From a virus (taxonomy: Duplodnaviria; Caudoviricetes): 46,497 bases of DNA. The notes below the pieces were generated by a model, which did no database searches, was not told the DNA's origin, and saw only the letters and a list, made by a program, of their open reading frames with translations. Of this stretch, positions 1 to 8,406 are shown piece after piece. The stretch lies in the IMG/VR virus record IMGVR_UViG_3300020045_007216, positions 1-46,497 of that record, one strand, 5' to 3'. Positions within the stretch are counted from its first letter, which is position 1; the number at the start of each line of letters is the position of its first letter. The position numbers and the translations under genes were made by a program.

Positions 1-115
1 GGATCGCCAGCATCGACAGCACGGTCACTGCGGCTGCTGCTGCGGTCAACAGTGCGAAAGACGCCGGGATCGCGGACATTACCGCCGACGTTGGGGCGGT
101 CGATACCGCAGCAGC
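1..115 (+). repeat. 115-bp terminal direct repeat, left copy (assembly overlap of a circular/permuted genome)
   Basis: 1-115 is identical to 46383-46497; the tail-spike ORF continues in frame across the junction. Confidence 0.95.
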
Positions 116-1841
116 AGCCGCCGAAGCCAACATGTTGCAGACGGCTGCCGAACTCGGCGCGGACCTGAACAATAAGCACTATGCTACCTTTGCTGAAATG
201 GTCGCGGACCCGCAAACCCGCAGCGCCGTGGTGGCGGTCGTCGACGCCGATCCAGAATACGCCCTTAATGGCTGGTACTACTGGAATTCGGTGGGGGGTG
301 CCTGGATCCGGTTCTCTGATCAGCCCGTTATGAAATCGATAATGGACGCCCGTTTTTTCCGTGAGTCGAATCGGATAGTTGGCAGCGGTGACCTACTCCT
401 GGACTCTCAAAGCGGCGGGCTCTTGAGTTCGCTACAGGAAAGAAATGCCGGCGCAGCAGTGTTTATTGCCGGGGACCAAGAAAAAATGGTTCTCGACACC
501 CTCTACAACAAATTTCGGCTGAGCTTTGAGATTAGCAAAACCGCAGACACGCTGGAGGGGGCGGAGGGGCACAACGACCGCCGGAAGTTTCCAGAACTGC
601 AAACGCTGCCCGATAGCACCCAAGCCCTTATCTTTCTGAAAAAAGACGGAACGGCGGCGCTTACTGTCGACACCGTAAACAACAAGCTGACCACGGGCTT
701 TTCATTTGAGTCGAACGTCGAGCAGCGGCCGCCCACCGTCTTCGTCGATGTGCCTCCACGAATAGAGCGAAACACGGCAGACCCTTTCTACCGCCTTTCG
801 GGCCGGGTCTACCAGGCTACCCCAACGATCGCTAGGACCAGTTCAACTCGGTTCTGGACGGCGTGGCGCGCTGACAACACGAACGCTGCCGAGGTTCCGG
901 GTAACTTCACAGTGATGGCGTACTCTGACGACGATTGCGAGACCGTCACCGAGTATGGGTATCTTACTTACTCGCCGGCCGGGCCTGACAAGCACATGGT
1001 CGACCCTATGTTGTGGCTCGACCCAGCGGGGAACCTGTGGCTGTTTTTCGGCTGTATGGGCAACAACAAAGGCTTTGATGGGGTGCAGGGCACTTGGGCG
1101 ATCATCTGCCAGAACCCGAACGCCGAATTCCCGGTGTGGGGCCAAGCTTTCCGGCTGTCGTACTACGGCGACCCGCGCCATCCGGTCGAAGTGAATGGGA
1201 AGTGGTATATCGCCCTCGACGGTTGGCGGCATAGCGCAAGCAGCCCGCTTCGGTACATGGACGCGGCAGGACCGCACATTCATCGGCTGGACTGGCAAAA
1301 TCAAAAGCTTGAGCATATCTCGCAGTTGCCGCCGAATAACGGTACGAGCTACTCGGGCTTCTTTGAAACTGAGTTTATGCAGCGATCCGACGGCAGCGTG
1401 CTCGCGCTGTGCCGCTCATTGTCGGCGTCGGTCGAAACCAAGTTCAGTATCAGCACTGACCTAATGAAAACCTGGTCGGCGTGGGCAGATTACACCGTCA
1501 TTTCGCCAAGCTCGTCGTCGCGCATGTGGCTCGGTCGTTCCCCCTCGGGGCGCACTGTTTTTTGCTGGAACAATGACACTGTGCGCCGGACCCTGACCTT
1601 GGGCCTCTCTAATGACGACGGCACGACCTACCCGTATAAAGTCGTGCTAGAACCCAATGACACCGGCCAGGTTACCTACCCCATCGTTGCGTTTGGCGGC
1701 GGCGGCGCGATCTACATCATCTACGACAACGAACGAACTTCGGGTAAGCGGCAGATTCGCATTGCAAAAGTGCTTGAGTCGGAAGTGGTCGCGGGTACGA
1801 GCGTGCCTGTCGTGAATATCGTTAGCAACCCATTTGCTTAA
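1..1841 (+). CDS. Tail spike/fibre, C-terminal part, with BNR/sialidase-like (GH33-type) beta-propeller; true start at 46151, ~690 aa across the junction
   Basis: Frame continuous with ATG 46151; Asp-box-like motifs YSDDDCETV, ISTDLMKTW, LSNDDGTTY; C-terminal TYP; last gene of the tail module. Confidence 0.8.
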   Translation, partial: IASIDSTVTAAAAAVNSAKDAGIADITADVGAVDTAAAAAEANMLQTAAELGADLNNKHYATFAEMVADPQTRSAVVAVVDADPEYALNGWYYWNSVGGAWIRFSDQPVMKSIMDARFFRESNRIVGSGDLLLDSQSGGLLSSLQERNAGAAVFIAGDQEKMVLDTLYNKFRLSFEISKTADTLEGAEGHNDRRKFPELQTLPDSTQALIFLKKDGTAALTVDTVNNKLTTGFSFESNVEQRPPTVFVDVPPRIERNTADPFYRLSGRVYQATPTIARTSSTRFWTAWRADNTNAAEVPGNFTVMAYSDDDCETVTEYGYLTYSPAGPDKHMVDPMLWLDPAGNLWLFFGCMGNNKGFDGVQGTWAIICQNPNAEFPVWGQAFRLSYYGDPRHPVEVNGKWYIALDGWRHSASSPLRYMDAAGPHIHRLDWQNQKLEHISQLPPNNGTSYSGFFETEFMQRSDGSVLALCRSLSASVETKFSISTDLMKTWSAWADYTVISPSSSSRMWLGRSPSGRTVFCWNNDTVRRTLTLGLSNDDGTTYPYKVVLEPNDTGQVTYPIVAFGGGGAIYIIYDNERTSGKRQIRIAKVLESEVVAGTSVPVVNIVSNPFA

Positions 1842-1853
1842 TAAGGACTAACT

Positions 1854-2930
1854 ATGCGCGTCTCTGCGTTGGATTATAAAGTCGGGGCCTTCGCACCGCT
1901 GGCCTATAAGGTGCGAAAGGCGATTGAAGGTTTCGCCGGTACGAAACCGAACACCTACACGTCGGGCCCTTCCGCAACAACCGCTGCTGACAAGTTTTAC
2001 GGCGCGGTGAACTTGCCGAACGGAAAAGCCCTGTTCATCCCTTACAGCAAAGGGAATATCGGCTTCTATGATCCGGTCACTGGGCTGTATTCCGAAGGGC
2101 CTGCCGTCAACGCAGGAACTGCGCGCTATCGTGGCGGCTGTCTTCACCCTGAAACTGGCCTAGTGGTAATGGCACCGCTGCTGTCAACTTATATCGGGCT
2201 GTACGACACTTTGCAGGGTGTTTTTAGCCTCGGGCCGAACCTGGGGGCTTCGCCGAACTACAACGGTGCGGTAGTTTCAAGCGTGACCGGGAAGGTGATT
2301 TTGATTCCGGGGAACGGCGCAAACATCGGCATTTTTGACCCGATCACTCGCGAGTTCACTTTAGGCCCAGAACACGGCGGCACGACGACGGTGTACTTCA
2401 GCAGCGCCGAAGAGCTACCCGATGGCCGGATCCTGCTGATTCCTTACAGCGCGGGCTCGTTCAAGATTTATGACCCTGTCGCAAACACTGTTAGCAACGG
2501 GCCCTCGGGGATCGCCTCGGCTTCGTTTCAAGGTTCGGTGAAGCTGGCGAACGGCGATGTGGTGTGCGTGCCGTACTCGGCGGCCACCGTGACTATCTAC
2601 CGCTGGCGCTCGAACACGCTCTACACCGTAACCGCGCCGTCTGCGGGCGCCAAGTTTCGGGGAGGCGCCCTTTCACCAGATGGCCGGGTCATGTTCAGCC
2701 CATACACCTACGATCGAGTTGGCTGGTACGACCCGGCGACCGACGCCTACGGTGAAAGCGCGGCCTTGGGGCTCAGCGCAAGCACACGTTTCGGGGGGGC
2801 ACTACAGGTCTCAACGGGTGAAATCGTAATGGCCCCGTATAACAATGAAAACGTCGGCCGCTTCGCTGCGGTATCTGCGGGCGTGCTGCCGGTAGCAGCA
2901 ATGCAGAGCATCCAGTGGAACAAAAGCTAA
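1854..2930 (+). CDS. Repeat beta-propeller protein, probably tail-associated
   Basis: About 7 repeats of G-x3-LPxGxV-x2-PY-x4-IGxYDPxT; SD TAAGGA; directly after the tail spike. Confidence 0.65.
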   Translation: MRVSALDYKVGAFAPLAYKVRKAIEGFAGTKPNTYTSGPSATTAADKFYGAVNLPNGKALFIPYSKGNIGFYDPVTGLYSEGPAVNAGTARYRGGCLHPETGLVVMAPLLSTYIGLYDTLQGVFSLGPNLGASPNYNGAVVSSVTGKVILIPGNGANIGIFDPITREFTLGPEHGGTTTVYFSSAEELPDGRILLIPYSAGSFKIYDPVANTVSNGPSGIASASFQGSVKLANGDVVCVPYSAATVTIYRWRSNTLYTVTAPSAGAKFRGGALSPDGRVMFSPYTYDRVGWYDPATDAYGESAALGLSASTRFGGALQVSTGEIVMAPYNNENVGRFAAVSAGVLPVAAMQSIQWNKS

Positions 2931-2944
2931 GCCTGTAATACGCG

Positions 2945-2953
2945 TGGTACAAT
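2945..2953 (+). promoter_or_regulatory. Putative late promoter, extended -10 (TGGTACAAT), for the lysis cassette
   Basis: TGnTACAAT in the intergenic gap before the holin; GGTAnnnT motif recurs before other late genes. Confidence 0.5.
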
Positions 2954-2987
2954 AGCCCTCGACTTCTACCCGAGCCGGGGGCTTTTT
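2954..2987 (+). terminator. Putative intrinsic terminator overlapping the holin RBS
   Basis: AGCCCTCG...CGAGCCGGGGGCT followed by a T tract. Confidence 0.5.
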
Positions 2988-2988
2988 A

Positions 2989-3384
2989 ATGGATCCAGTT
3001 AAATGCGTAGTTATCGCCGGCCTGTGGATCTGCGCAGTTGTCGAGCAGTTACACCCGCAAGCTGCAATGGGCGCCTCTTTCGGATGCTTTGCATTCCTGG
3101 GCTACCAGGACCCAAGTACCGGGTCGTGGTTTGAAAAATTCGTTCGGAAAATGACCCTGCTGATTTTCTCCTGGGGGGCCGGTTACGCCTTCGCTTCCGG
3201 GGTTTCAACTTCGGACTGGTCAGGCTGGACGATGCTTGCGGCTATAGGCGCCTCGGCACTCGCCGCCGGGTTCTCGGGTGCCTTGAACCTGATGGTTCGT
3301 AATAATGGCCCACTGCCGCAGTGGTTGAGCGATATCGTGGACCGGATCCCCGTACTGAGGAAACGAAACGATGACCAGCCATAA
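2989..3384 (+). CDS. Putative holin (about 3 TM segments)
   Basis: Hydrophobic segments, basic C-terminus, first gene of the lysis cassette. Confidence 0.65.
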   Translation: MDPVKCVVIAGLWICAVVEQLHPQAAMGASFGCFAFLGYQDPSTGSWFEKFVRKMTLLIFSWGAGYAFASGVSTSDWSGWTMLAAIGASALAAGFSGALNLMVRNNGPLPQWLSDIVDRIPVLRKRNDDQP

Positions 3385-3733
3385 ACGTGCGCCGTGGGTC
3401 GGTCTGGCCCTTACCTTGATCTACGTTTTTTCAGTTCCCGGCCATTGGCTGGTAGCCACTCGAATCGTAATTTTGTCCGTAACTATCGCGATGATTATGG
3501 GTTACATGAGCGAGAGCCGGTCCCGACCGCTCACGACTGCACTGGCCATTATCATCGCCGGGGCGTCAATGGCGATGATAATGCAGGCATTTACCAATTT
3601 CGTCGTTTTGTCTGCGGCTGCCGAACCCTGGTTTGTCCTCCTGATCTTCGCTTATACGGCCCTGCTGGTCCGCAGCCGGGGCAATGTGGCTAAAATATTC
3701 GCAACCCCGCGCCCCAGGAGCGCCCGCCAATGA
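3371..3733 (+). CDS. Second holin/antiholin-like membrane protein (DUF754-like)
   Basis: About 4 TM segments; C-terminal LLVRSRGNVAKIF motif; directly before the endolysin. Confidence 0.65.
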   Translation: MTSHKRAPWVGLALTLIYVFSVPGHWLVATRIVILSVTIAMIMGYMSESRSRPLTTALAIIIAGASMAMIMQAFTNFVVLSAAAEPWFVLLIFAYTALLVRSRGNVAKIFATPRPRSARQ

Positions 3734-4359
3734 CCCCTGAAACCTTGATGCTTGCCACTGGCGTAAGCGCCTCAATGGCCCGCCTGTGGGCACCCGTACT
3801 GACCGAAGCCATGTCCCGTTTCGGCATTGACACCTCCCGGCGCCAGGCCCAGTTTTTGGCCCAGACAGCGCACGAGTCTGGCGGCTTTTCCCGCCTTGAA
3901 GAAAACCTGAACTACGACGCTCCAGGGCTGGCGCGAACCTGGCCGAGTCGTTTCTCTTCTGATGGCGCCCCCAACTACACGCCGAACGAACTGGCCCGCA
4001 AAATCGCTCGCCAACCTGAACGGATCGCTAACGCTGCTTACGGCGGCCGCATGGGCAACAACGCAACGACTGACGGCTGGACTTATCGGGGCCGTGGCCT
4101 TATCCAGTTGACCGGCAAGGCGAACTATCAGGCTGCGGCGACTGCGCTCAACGCGCCATTAGTCGAACAGCCGGACCGGGTTGCTGATCGCGACATGGCC
4201 GCACTGACTGCTGCCTGGTTCTGGTCGAAAAACGGATTGAACAAGCCGGCTGGTCTTGGCGACACCAAGGCAGTGACGCGCAAGATCAATGGCGGGCTGA
4301 CCGGGCTTGCCGACCGCTTACAGCGGTATGAGCGGGCTGCAAAGGCACTCGGCGTATGA
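3730..4359 (+). CDS. Endolysin, glycoside hydrolase family 19
   Basis: AQFLAQTAHESGGF, ENLNY, YRGRGLIQLTGKANY and INGG motifs. Confidence 0.93.
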   Translation: MTPETLMLATGVSASMARLWAPVLTEAMSRFGIDTSRRQAQFLAQTAHESGGFSRLEENLNYDAPGLARTWPSRFSSDGAPNYTPNELARKIARQPERIANAAYGGRMGNNATTDGWTYRGRGLIQLTGKANYQAAATALNAPLVEQPDRVADRDMAALTAAWFWSKNGLNKPAGLGDTKAVTRKINGGLTGLADRLQRYERAAKALGV

Positions 4360-4850
4360 TTCCGCCAGGGTTGTGGGGTTGGGTTGCAGCACCGGTATTT
4401 TCTGCCCTGGTTGGCGTATTGGCTTGGAGCGCCGGACACGAATCGGCGGATAGGTCCTGGTCGGTTCGCTGGGCAAAACGGGACACAGCTGATGCCCAAG
4501 CGCGCGAATCGGCTGAAGCTGCGGCCCGCAAAGCCGAAAAAGCGGAACGGGAAAAACTCGACGGCGTGAACCGTGAAGGGGAAAAACGAATTGAAGAAGT
4601 TCGCGGCCATGCTGCTGGGGTCTCTGCTGATAACGACCGGTTGCGCAAGCAAGTCGATAAACTACTCGCCGCCGATCGTGCCCGCTCAAGCTGCACCGCT
4701 GCCACCGGCGGCTCGGCCCCCGACAGTGCCGGCAATCTGCTCGCCGTCGTGCTCGAAAAATCTGTCGAGCGAAATCGAGAACTGGCAGCTTTTGCTGATC
4801 TTGCCCTGACCGCCGCCCAAACGTGCTGGGCGGCAGGCACTCAGCGTTAG
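4356..4850 (+). CDS. rz: Inner-membrane spanin (Rz-like, DUF2514-type)
   Basis: N-terminal TM segment, coiled-coil body, follows the endolysin. Confidence 0.8.
   Translation: MIPPGLWGWVAAPVFSALVGVLAWSAGHESADRSWSVRWAKRDTADAQARESAEAAARKAEKAEREKLDGVNREGEKRIEEVRGHAAGVSADNDRLRKQVDKLLAADRARSSCTAATGGSAPDSAGNLLAVVLEKSVERNRELAAFADLALTAAQTCWAAGTQR
4573..4809 (+). CDS. rz1: Outer-membrane spanin lipoprotein (Rz1-like) nested in the +1 frame of Rz; start may be TTG 4591
   Basis: Signal KKFAAMLLGSLLITTG-C lipobox; Pro-rich mature part; fully embedded in Rz. Confidence 0.8.
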   Translation: MKGKNELKKFAAMLLGSLLITTGCASKSINYSPPIVPAQAAPLPPAARPPTVPAICSPSCSKNLSSEIENWQLLLILP

Positions 4851-4993
4851 ACCCCACGCGGGCCTATGTAGCGCACACAGCCTTCAGAACGCACGAGGCG
4901 CTGGCGCATGTTGTCCAGGTGCTTACCGGACTGATAGTTCTGGCCCCAGACGATCAGCATCAGGAACACCAGCATAACGTCAGTGGCTCGCAT
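4847..4993 (-). CDS. Small membrane protein (48 aa)
   Basis: ATG 4993 overlaps the end of the upstream gene; one hydrophobic segment. Confidence 0.5.
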   Translation of the reverse strand: MRATDVMLVFLMLIVWGQNYQSGKHLDNMRQRLVRSEGCVRYIGPRGV

Positions 4994-5273
4994 GGCGTTT
5001 GAGCTCCGTCCGAACGATGTCGATAGTGCGCGGTGCATTGAAAACCAACCGGGCGCAGCGGCCCTGCATGGCGATCAACGCAACCGAAAGGTCCATGGAC
5101 GGAGCAGGCGCGTTTTGTCCGAGGTGCAGCGTAAAGGCTGGGCCACCGTCGAAATGGATCATGGCGCGCCCGTTGACGGCGCTGATCAGGTTCAGGGTCA
5201 GCGAACGACCGGTGCTGTTATCAAACAGGTCGACGGACTGGCCGGGTTTGCGGGTCAAAATCAGATTACTCAT
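4980..5273 (-). CDS. csrA: CsrA/RsmA-like RNA-binding regulator with internal duplication
   Basis: N-terminal LILTRKPGQSV and C-terminal RLVFNAPRTIDIVRTEL match CsrA MLILTRRVGET...RIGVNAPKEVSVHREEI; SD GGAG. Confidence 0.75.
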   Translation of the reverse strand: MSNLILTRKPGQSVDLFDNSTGRSLTLNLISAVNGRAMIHFDGGPAFTLHLGQNAPAPSMDLSVALIAMQGRCARLVFNAPRTIDIVRTELKRHASH

Positions 5274-5454
5274 TGCAGTAGAACTCCGGGTCGGTTTTAT
5301 CCTGGCGCTGATCGTTCAGAGCCTCGGCGGTTTGGGCGCAGATCATTGGGCCGGCAGCGGTGAAGTAAGCTGCGAAGGCGACCGGCTTATTGCTGCCGGG
5401 GCTCACAGCCAGTAGGACGGCGGTCACCACGGCCGAGGCCGCTGCGCCAATCAC
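5266..5454 (-). CDS. Small hypothetical protein with hydrophobic N-terminus
   Basis: Overlaps both neighbours in the operon. Confidence 0.55.
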   Translation of the reverse strand: MIGAAASAVVTAVLLAVSPGSNKPVAFAAYFTAAGPMICAQTAEALNDQRQDKTDPEFYCNE

Positions 5455-5648
5455 TCTTGACGCTCCCAGTGGCCAGGTCGAGCGTGCATGCAGGGAAAAA
5501 CACCGTCTATAACGATCTGGATTTCTTCGCCCTCATCATCAGTTATGGTTTTAAGCACTTCTGATCCAATAAATGGCGCTGCCTCGTAAACCCGACCGGG
5601 CGTGAGGTAGCTGCAATCCGCAGGTTTTCCGACAAGTTTGACTTTCAT
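5451..5648 (-). CDS. Small hypothetical protein (65 aa, MKVKLVGK...)
   Basis: ATG 5648 has a GGAG SD; the annotated upstream ATG 5690 lies inside the ribozyme. Confidence 0.7.
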   Translation of the reverse strand: MKVKLVGKPADCSYLTPGRVYEAAPFIGSEVLKTITDDEGEEIQIVIDGVFPCMHARPGHWERQE

Positions 5649-5666
5649 GACTACTGCTCCAGGGTT

Positions 5667-5750
5667 TTGAGCTGCCTCATCAGTGCGCATTCGCTCAAGT
5701 TGCGCAGACTCTACGGGCCGCCAGTTTCAAGGCCCGTAGCACGTTTCGGC
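5667..5750 (-). ncRNA. Type II hammerhead ribozyme with loop I/3'-tail pseudoknot; predicted cleavage between 5707 and 5706
   Basis: Minus strand: GCC GAAAC gtg CTACGGGCC-loop-GGCCCGTAG a GTC | TGCGCA acTTGAGCgaa TGCGCA CTGATGA GGC a GCTCAA; complete catalytic core and all three stems. Confidence 0.9.
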
Positions 5751-5759
5751 GTTGAGCTG

Positions 5760-5788
5760 ATATTATTCAGCCTTGAACACTGAGTCAA
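5760..5788 (-). promoter_or_regulatory. Sigma70-type phage promoter (family copy) driving the ribozyme/CsrA operon
   Basis: TTGACT-CAGTGTTCAAGGCTGAA-TAATAT, 17-bp spacer. Confidence 0.8.
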
Positions 5789-5796
5789 CAGATATT

Positions 5797-8139
5797 TTAA
5801 TCTTTGTGATAGCGCACACCTTCCCAGCCAGCGGCGCGGATCGGCCAGCCTCGCGCCCATGCGGGAACGTCGGTCAGGATGCGTTCAAATTCGCTCAGGG
5901 AACCGAAACCGTCAGGGACTTCGGCGGCAACTTCGTCATGCACGCGCAGCACGACCGGATAGCCGGCGGCCTCCAGGTTCACCACGGCATGGGCCATGAT
6001 GTCGCGGGCTGTGGCCTGCACCACGTTTTCGAAAAGGCGACCGCCGTAGGTCTCCATGCGAACCCAGCCCCTGGGGCCCATTTTGGCGTTGGTGTTCCAG
6101 GTCATATACGTGAGGCTGTAGCACTCAACCCAGCCGTCGCGCTTGGCGCCGTACCAGAGACGCGGCTGGTGGTAGGCCATGCGCCGGCCACTCAGCAGCG
6201 TGCAGTACAGCACGTCGTCGATAACCTGGTACGTGATGCCGCGGTAGAAGAAACACTGACCTGGGCTGAGAACAGCCTGCACCGCGCAGCCCTCAAGGCC
6301 GAAAAACTCACGACTGGTCGGGCGCCACGGCACGCCGCGGTACTGGCCACCCCACATTTCCTCAAACGCCGGGCTTGCAGCGCGCCAGGCCATCCAGGTC
6401 TGATCCGCTTGGGCCTTGTCACCCTCATAGCCGAAAGCAAACAACGCACCGCTGAAGCCGCCAAAACCGAGTCCGAGCTCGCACGGCTTTCCGATCTTCT
6501 GCCGATCGGGGTGTTTCTTGCCGCCGTTTGCCATATACCAGTCGTAGCTGCGCCCGGTCACGCCGGCGGCTCCGTGCAGATAGATGTCCTCCTTGTTTCG
6601 AAACGCTTCAATGCGCCACTCTTCGCCGGTCAGGACGGCCGAAACTACCGCCTCAATTGACGAGTAGTCAGAGCAGATCAACCGATGGCCCTCGCGCGCG
6701 ACCAGTAGTGACCGCACAATGCCGCTGATCGATAGCAGCGCGTCACCAAAGAACATTTCAAGGGCGTGCATTGATCGGGTTTGCAGAACTTCAAGAACCG
6801 GCTCGACACCCTCAAAGCACCAGCCCTTGTCACCTTCGACCGGGCTGACCTCGGTGCTGAAAGCCGCCGAGGCGTTACACCACGGGCACTGGTCGAAGTG
6901 CTTGGCGTAGGGCTTGCGACACAGCATATCGTCGCACCAGCGCAGATCCGGGCCAGCTTTTGGCAGGTTACCTGGCTGAACGTCGGCGTGGGTGTCGCGT
7001 CCAGTTCGCGCGCCGTGGTAAACGAACAGATCGCAAAGTCGCTCATCCTTGCTGGCGTGGTTAGCCATGGAGAAAACTTTCTTGACGCTAGCCGAGGCTG
7101 TCAAACCCCGAATTTCTAGCACGCGCCCGACTGGGTGCGGGTACTGGTCGCGCTGCTCATAAAGGAATTCGAGCTCTTCGGCAGCCAGGGACTTGACCGG
7201 CCGGCCATCGCTGCCGCATACCCCGTTATTCGCCAGCCACTCTACTAGTTTCTTGGCCTGACTGGTGCGCAGGCCGATGAGGTTGAACATTTCTTCATCA
7301 TAGGCAGCGAGAACCTGGTTAACGATGGCAATGCAGTCGTTAACCGCCGCCATGTCGACGCCGATACCTCGGCGATTGATGCGCTGATCGGCCAGCCAAT
7401 ACGCCAGTTCGCCAGGTGGCAGGTCAGGGCAACGAACGCTGACTAACGCCTCAACGTGGCAGTCGGTTTCACAATAGGCGTCAAGCTTCACGGCATCGAC
7501 AGGTTCCTCGGCGGGTAGCACGCGCCAGCGGGGGTCCTTTTTCGTCGGGTCCTTGGGCCAACTGAACAGCTTGAGCAGGCGTTTGCCCTCAGGGTCCTTT
7601 TGAGTTTCCAGCTTGAGCGCCGCGCCCACTTCGGCCAAGGCACCCGGCAGGCCGAACGCTCGGGATTTCGCGGAGCTGCACCGCCACTGGTTCGGCTGAA
7701 CGGCGGGCCAGCCGTATTTAGGCGTGCACACCTGCTCCCAGATCGTCATTTCAAACCCGGCGTTGTGTGCCTCGATCAATTTGCCGCTGGCGATGTGGTC
7801 GAATAAATCCTGTGGGTTGGGCTGACCTGGTTTCCAGCCGCGCACGCCGTGGCCGTCCTTGAGGTCGTATTTAAACGTCAGCACTTCAGTAGACGGGTGC
7901 TCCGCGTAAGCCCGCACACCGATAACTCCCAGGCCCTTGCTGCCCTTTGCAGCGCCTGGGGGGCCGGTCCAATAGCCGAAGGGCTTTTTATCCGTCGGGC
8001 CGCACCAGCGAAAGCCGGCGGCGCTGTACGTTTCGAAGTCGCATTCGGCCAGTACGGTGCTGAAGGCGGGGCCTACAGGTACTTGGGTGCCGTAAAGCAC
8101 GGCCGGTGGTGGAGGCGGCGGGGCTTGAAAATCAACCAT
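5797..8139 (-). CDS. Family A DNA polymerase with N-terminal exonuclease-like domain
   Basis: DFETYS, AHNAGFE, motif A CSDYSSIE, motif B GKPCELGLGFGG, ENVVQATARD, motif C VHDE. Confidence 0.93.
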   Translation of the reverse strand: MVDFQAPPPPPPAVLYGTQVPVGPAFSTVLAECDFETYSAAGFRWCGPTDKKPFGYWTGPPGAAKGSKGLGVIGVRAYAEHPSTEVLTFKYDLKDGHGVRGWKPGQPNPQDLFDHIASGKLIEAHNAGFEMTIWEQVCTPKYGWPAVQPNQWRCSSAKSRAFGLPGALAEVGAALKLETQKDPEGKRLLKLFSWPKDPTKKDPRWRVLPAEEPVDAVKLDAYCETDCHVEALVSVRCPDLPPGELAYWLADQRINRRGIGVDMAAVNDCIAIVNQVLAAYDEEMFNLIGLRTSQAKKLVEWLANNGVCGSDGRPVKSLAAEELEFLYEQRDQYPHPVGRVLEIRGLTASASVKKVFSMANHASKDERLCDLFVYHGARTGRDTHADVQPGNLPKAGPDLRWCDDMLCRKPYAKHFDQCPWCNASAAFSTEVSPVEGDKGWCFEGVEPVLEVLQTRSMHALEMFFGDALLSISGIVRSLLVAREGHRLICSDYSSIEAVVSAVLTGEEWRIEAFRNKEDIYLHGAAGVTGRSYDWYMANGGKKHPDRQKIGKPCELGLGFGGFSGALFAFGYEGDKAQADQTWMAWRAASPAFEEMWGGQYRGVPWRPTSREFFGLEGCAVQAVLSPGQCFFYRGITYQVIDDVLYCTLLSGRRMAYHQPRLWYGAKRDGWVECYSLTYMTWNTNAKMGPRGWVRMETYGGRLFENVVQATARDIMAHAVVNLEAAGYPVVLRVHDEVAAEVPDGFGSLSEFERILTDVPAWARGWPIRAAGWEGVRYHKD

Positions 8140-8141
8140 GG

Positions 8142-8345
8142 TCAGGCCCCCAGAGAACTGAGCGTTTCATCGGCCCATTCAAGCAGCACTGATGCCGAGT
8201 GGTCACGACTCGAATACGCCGAGTCGTTTTCCGCGTAAATAGTCATGCAAAACTCGTTACTCCCTTCGGAATAATAAAGCGCATAGCCCGGCAACTGCGC
8301 CGCCCGGATCCGGTCATGGAATAGCCCTAAGAGTGCCCAGTCCAT
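8142..8345 (-). CDS. Hypothetical protein
   Basis: SD GGGAG; lies in the replication operon. Confidence 0.6.
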   Translation of the reverse strand: MDWALLGLFHDRIRAAQLPGYALYYSEGSNEFCMTIYAENDSAYSSRDHSASVLLEWADETLSSLGA

Positions 8346-8361
8346 TATTCAAACTCCCGAT

Positions 8362-8388
8362 AGAAAAACGGCCCCGTGAGGAGCCGTT
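8362..8388 (-). terminator. Intrinsic terminator after the SSB gene
   Basis: Minus strand AACGGCTC-CTCAC-GGGCCGTT followed by TTT. Confidence 0.7.
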
Positions 8389-8406
8389 GAAAATGTCGCC
8401 AGAAAA

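Noticed and set aside
1-115. Biological terminal repeats
   Set aside because: They fall mid-gene and the terminase is PBSX/headful-like, so an assembler overlap is more likely
5649-5690. ATG 5690 start of the 79-aa ORF
   Set aside because: Lies inside ribozyme stem I without an SD; ATG 5648 has GGAG
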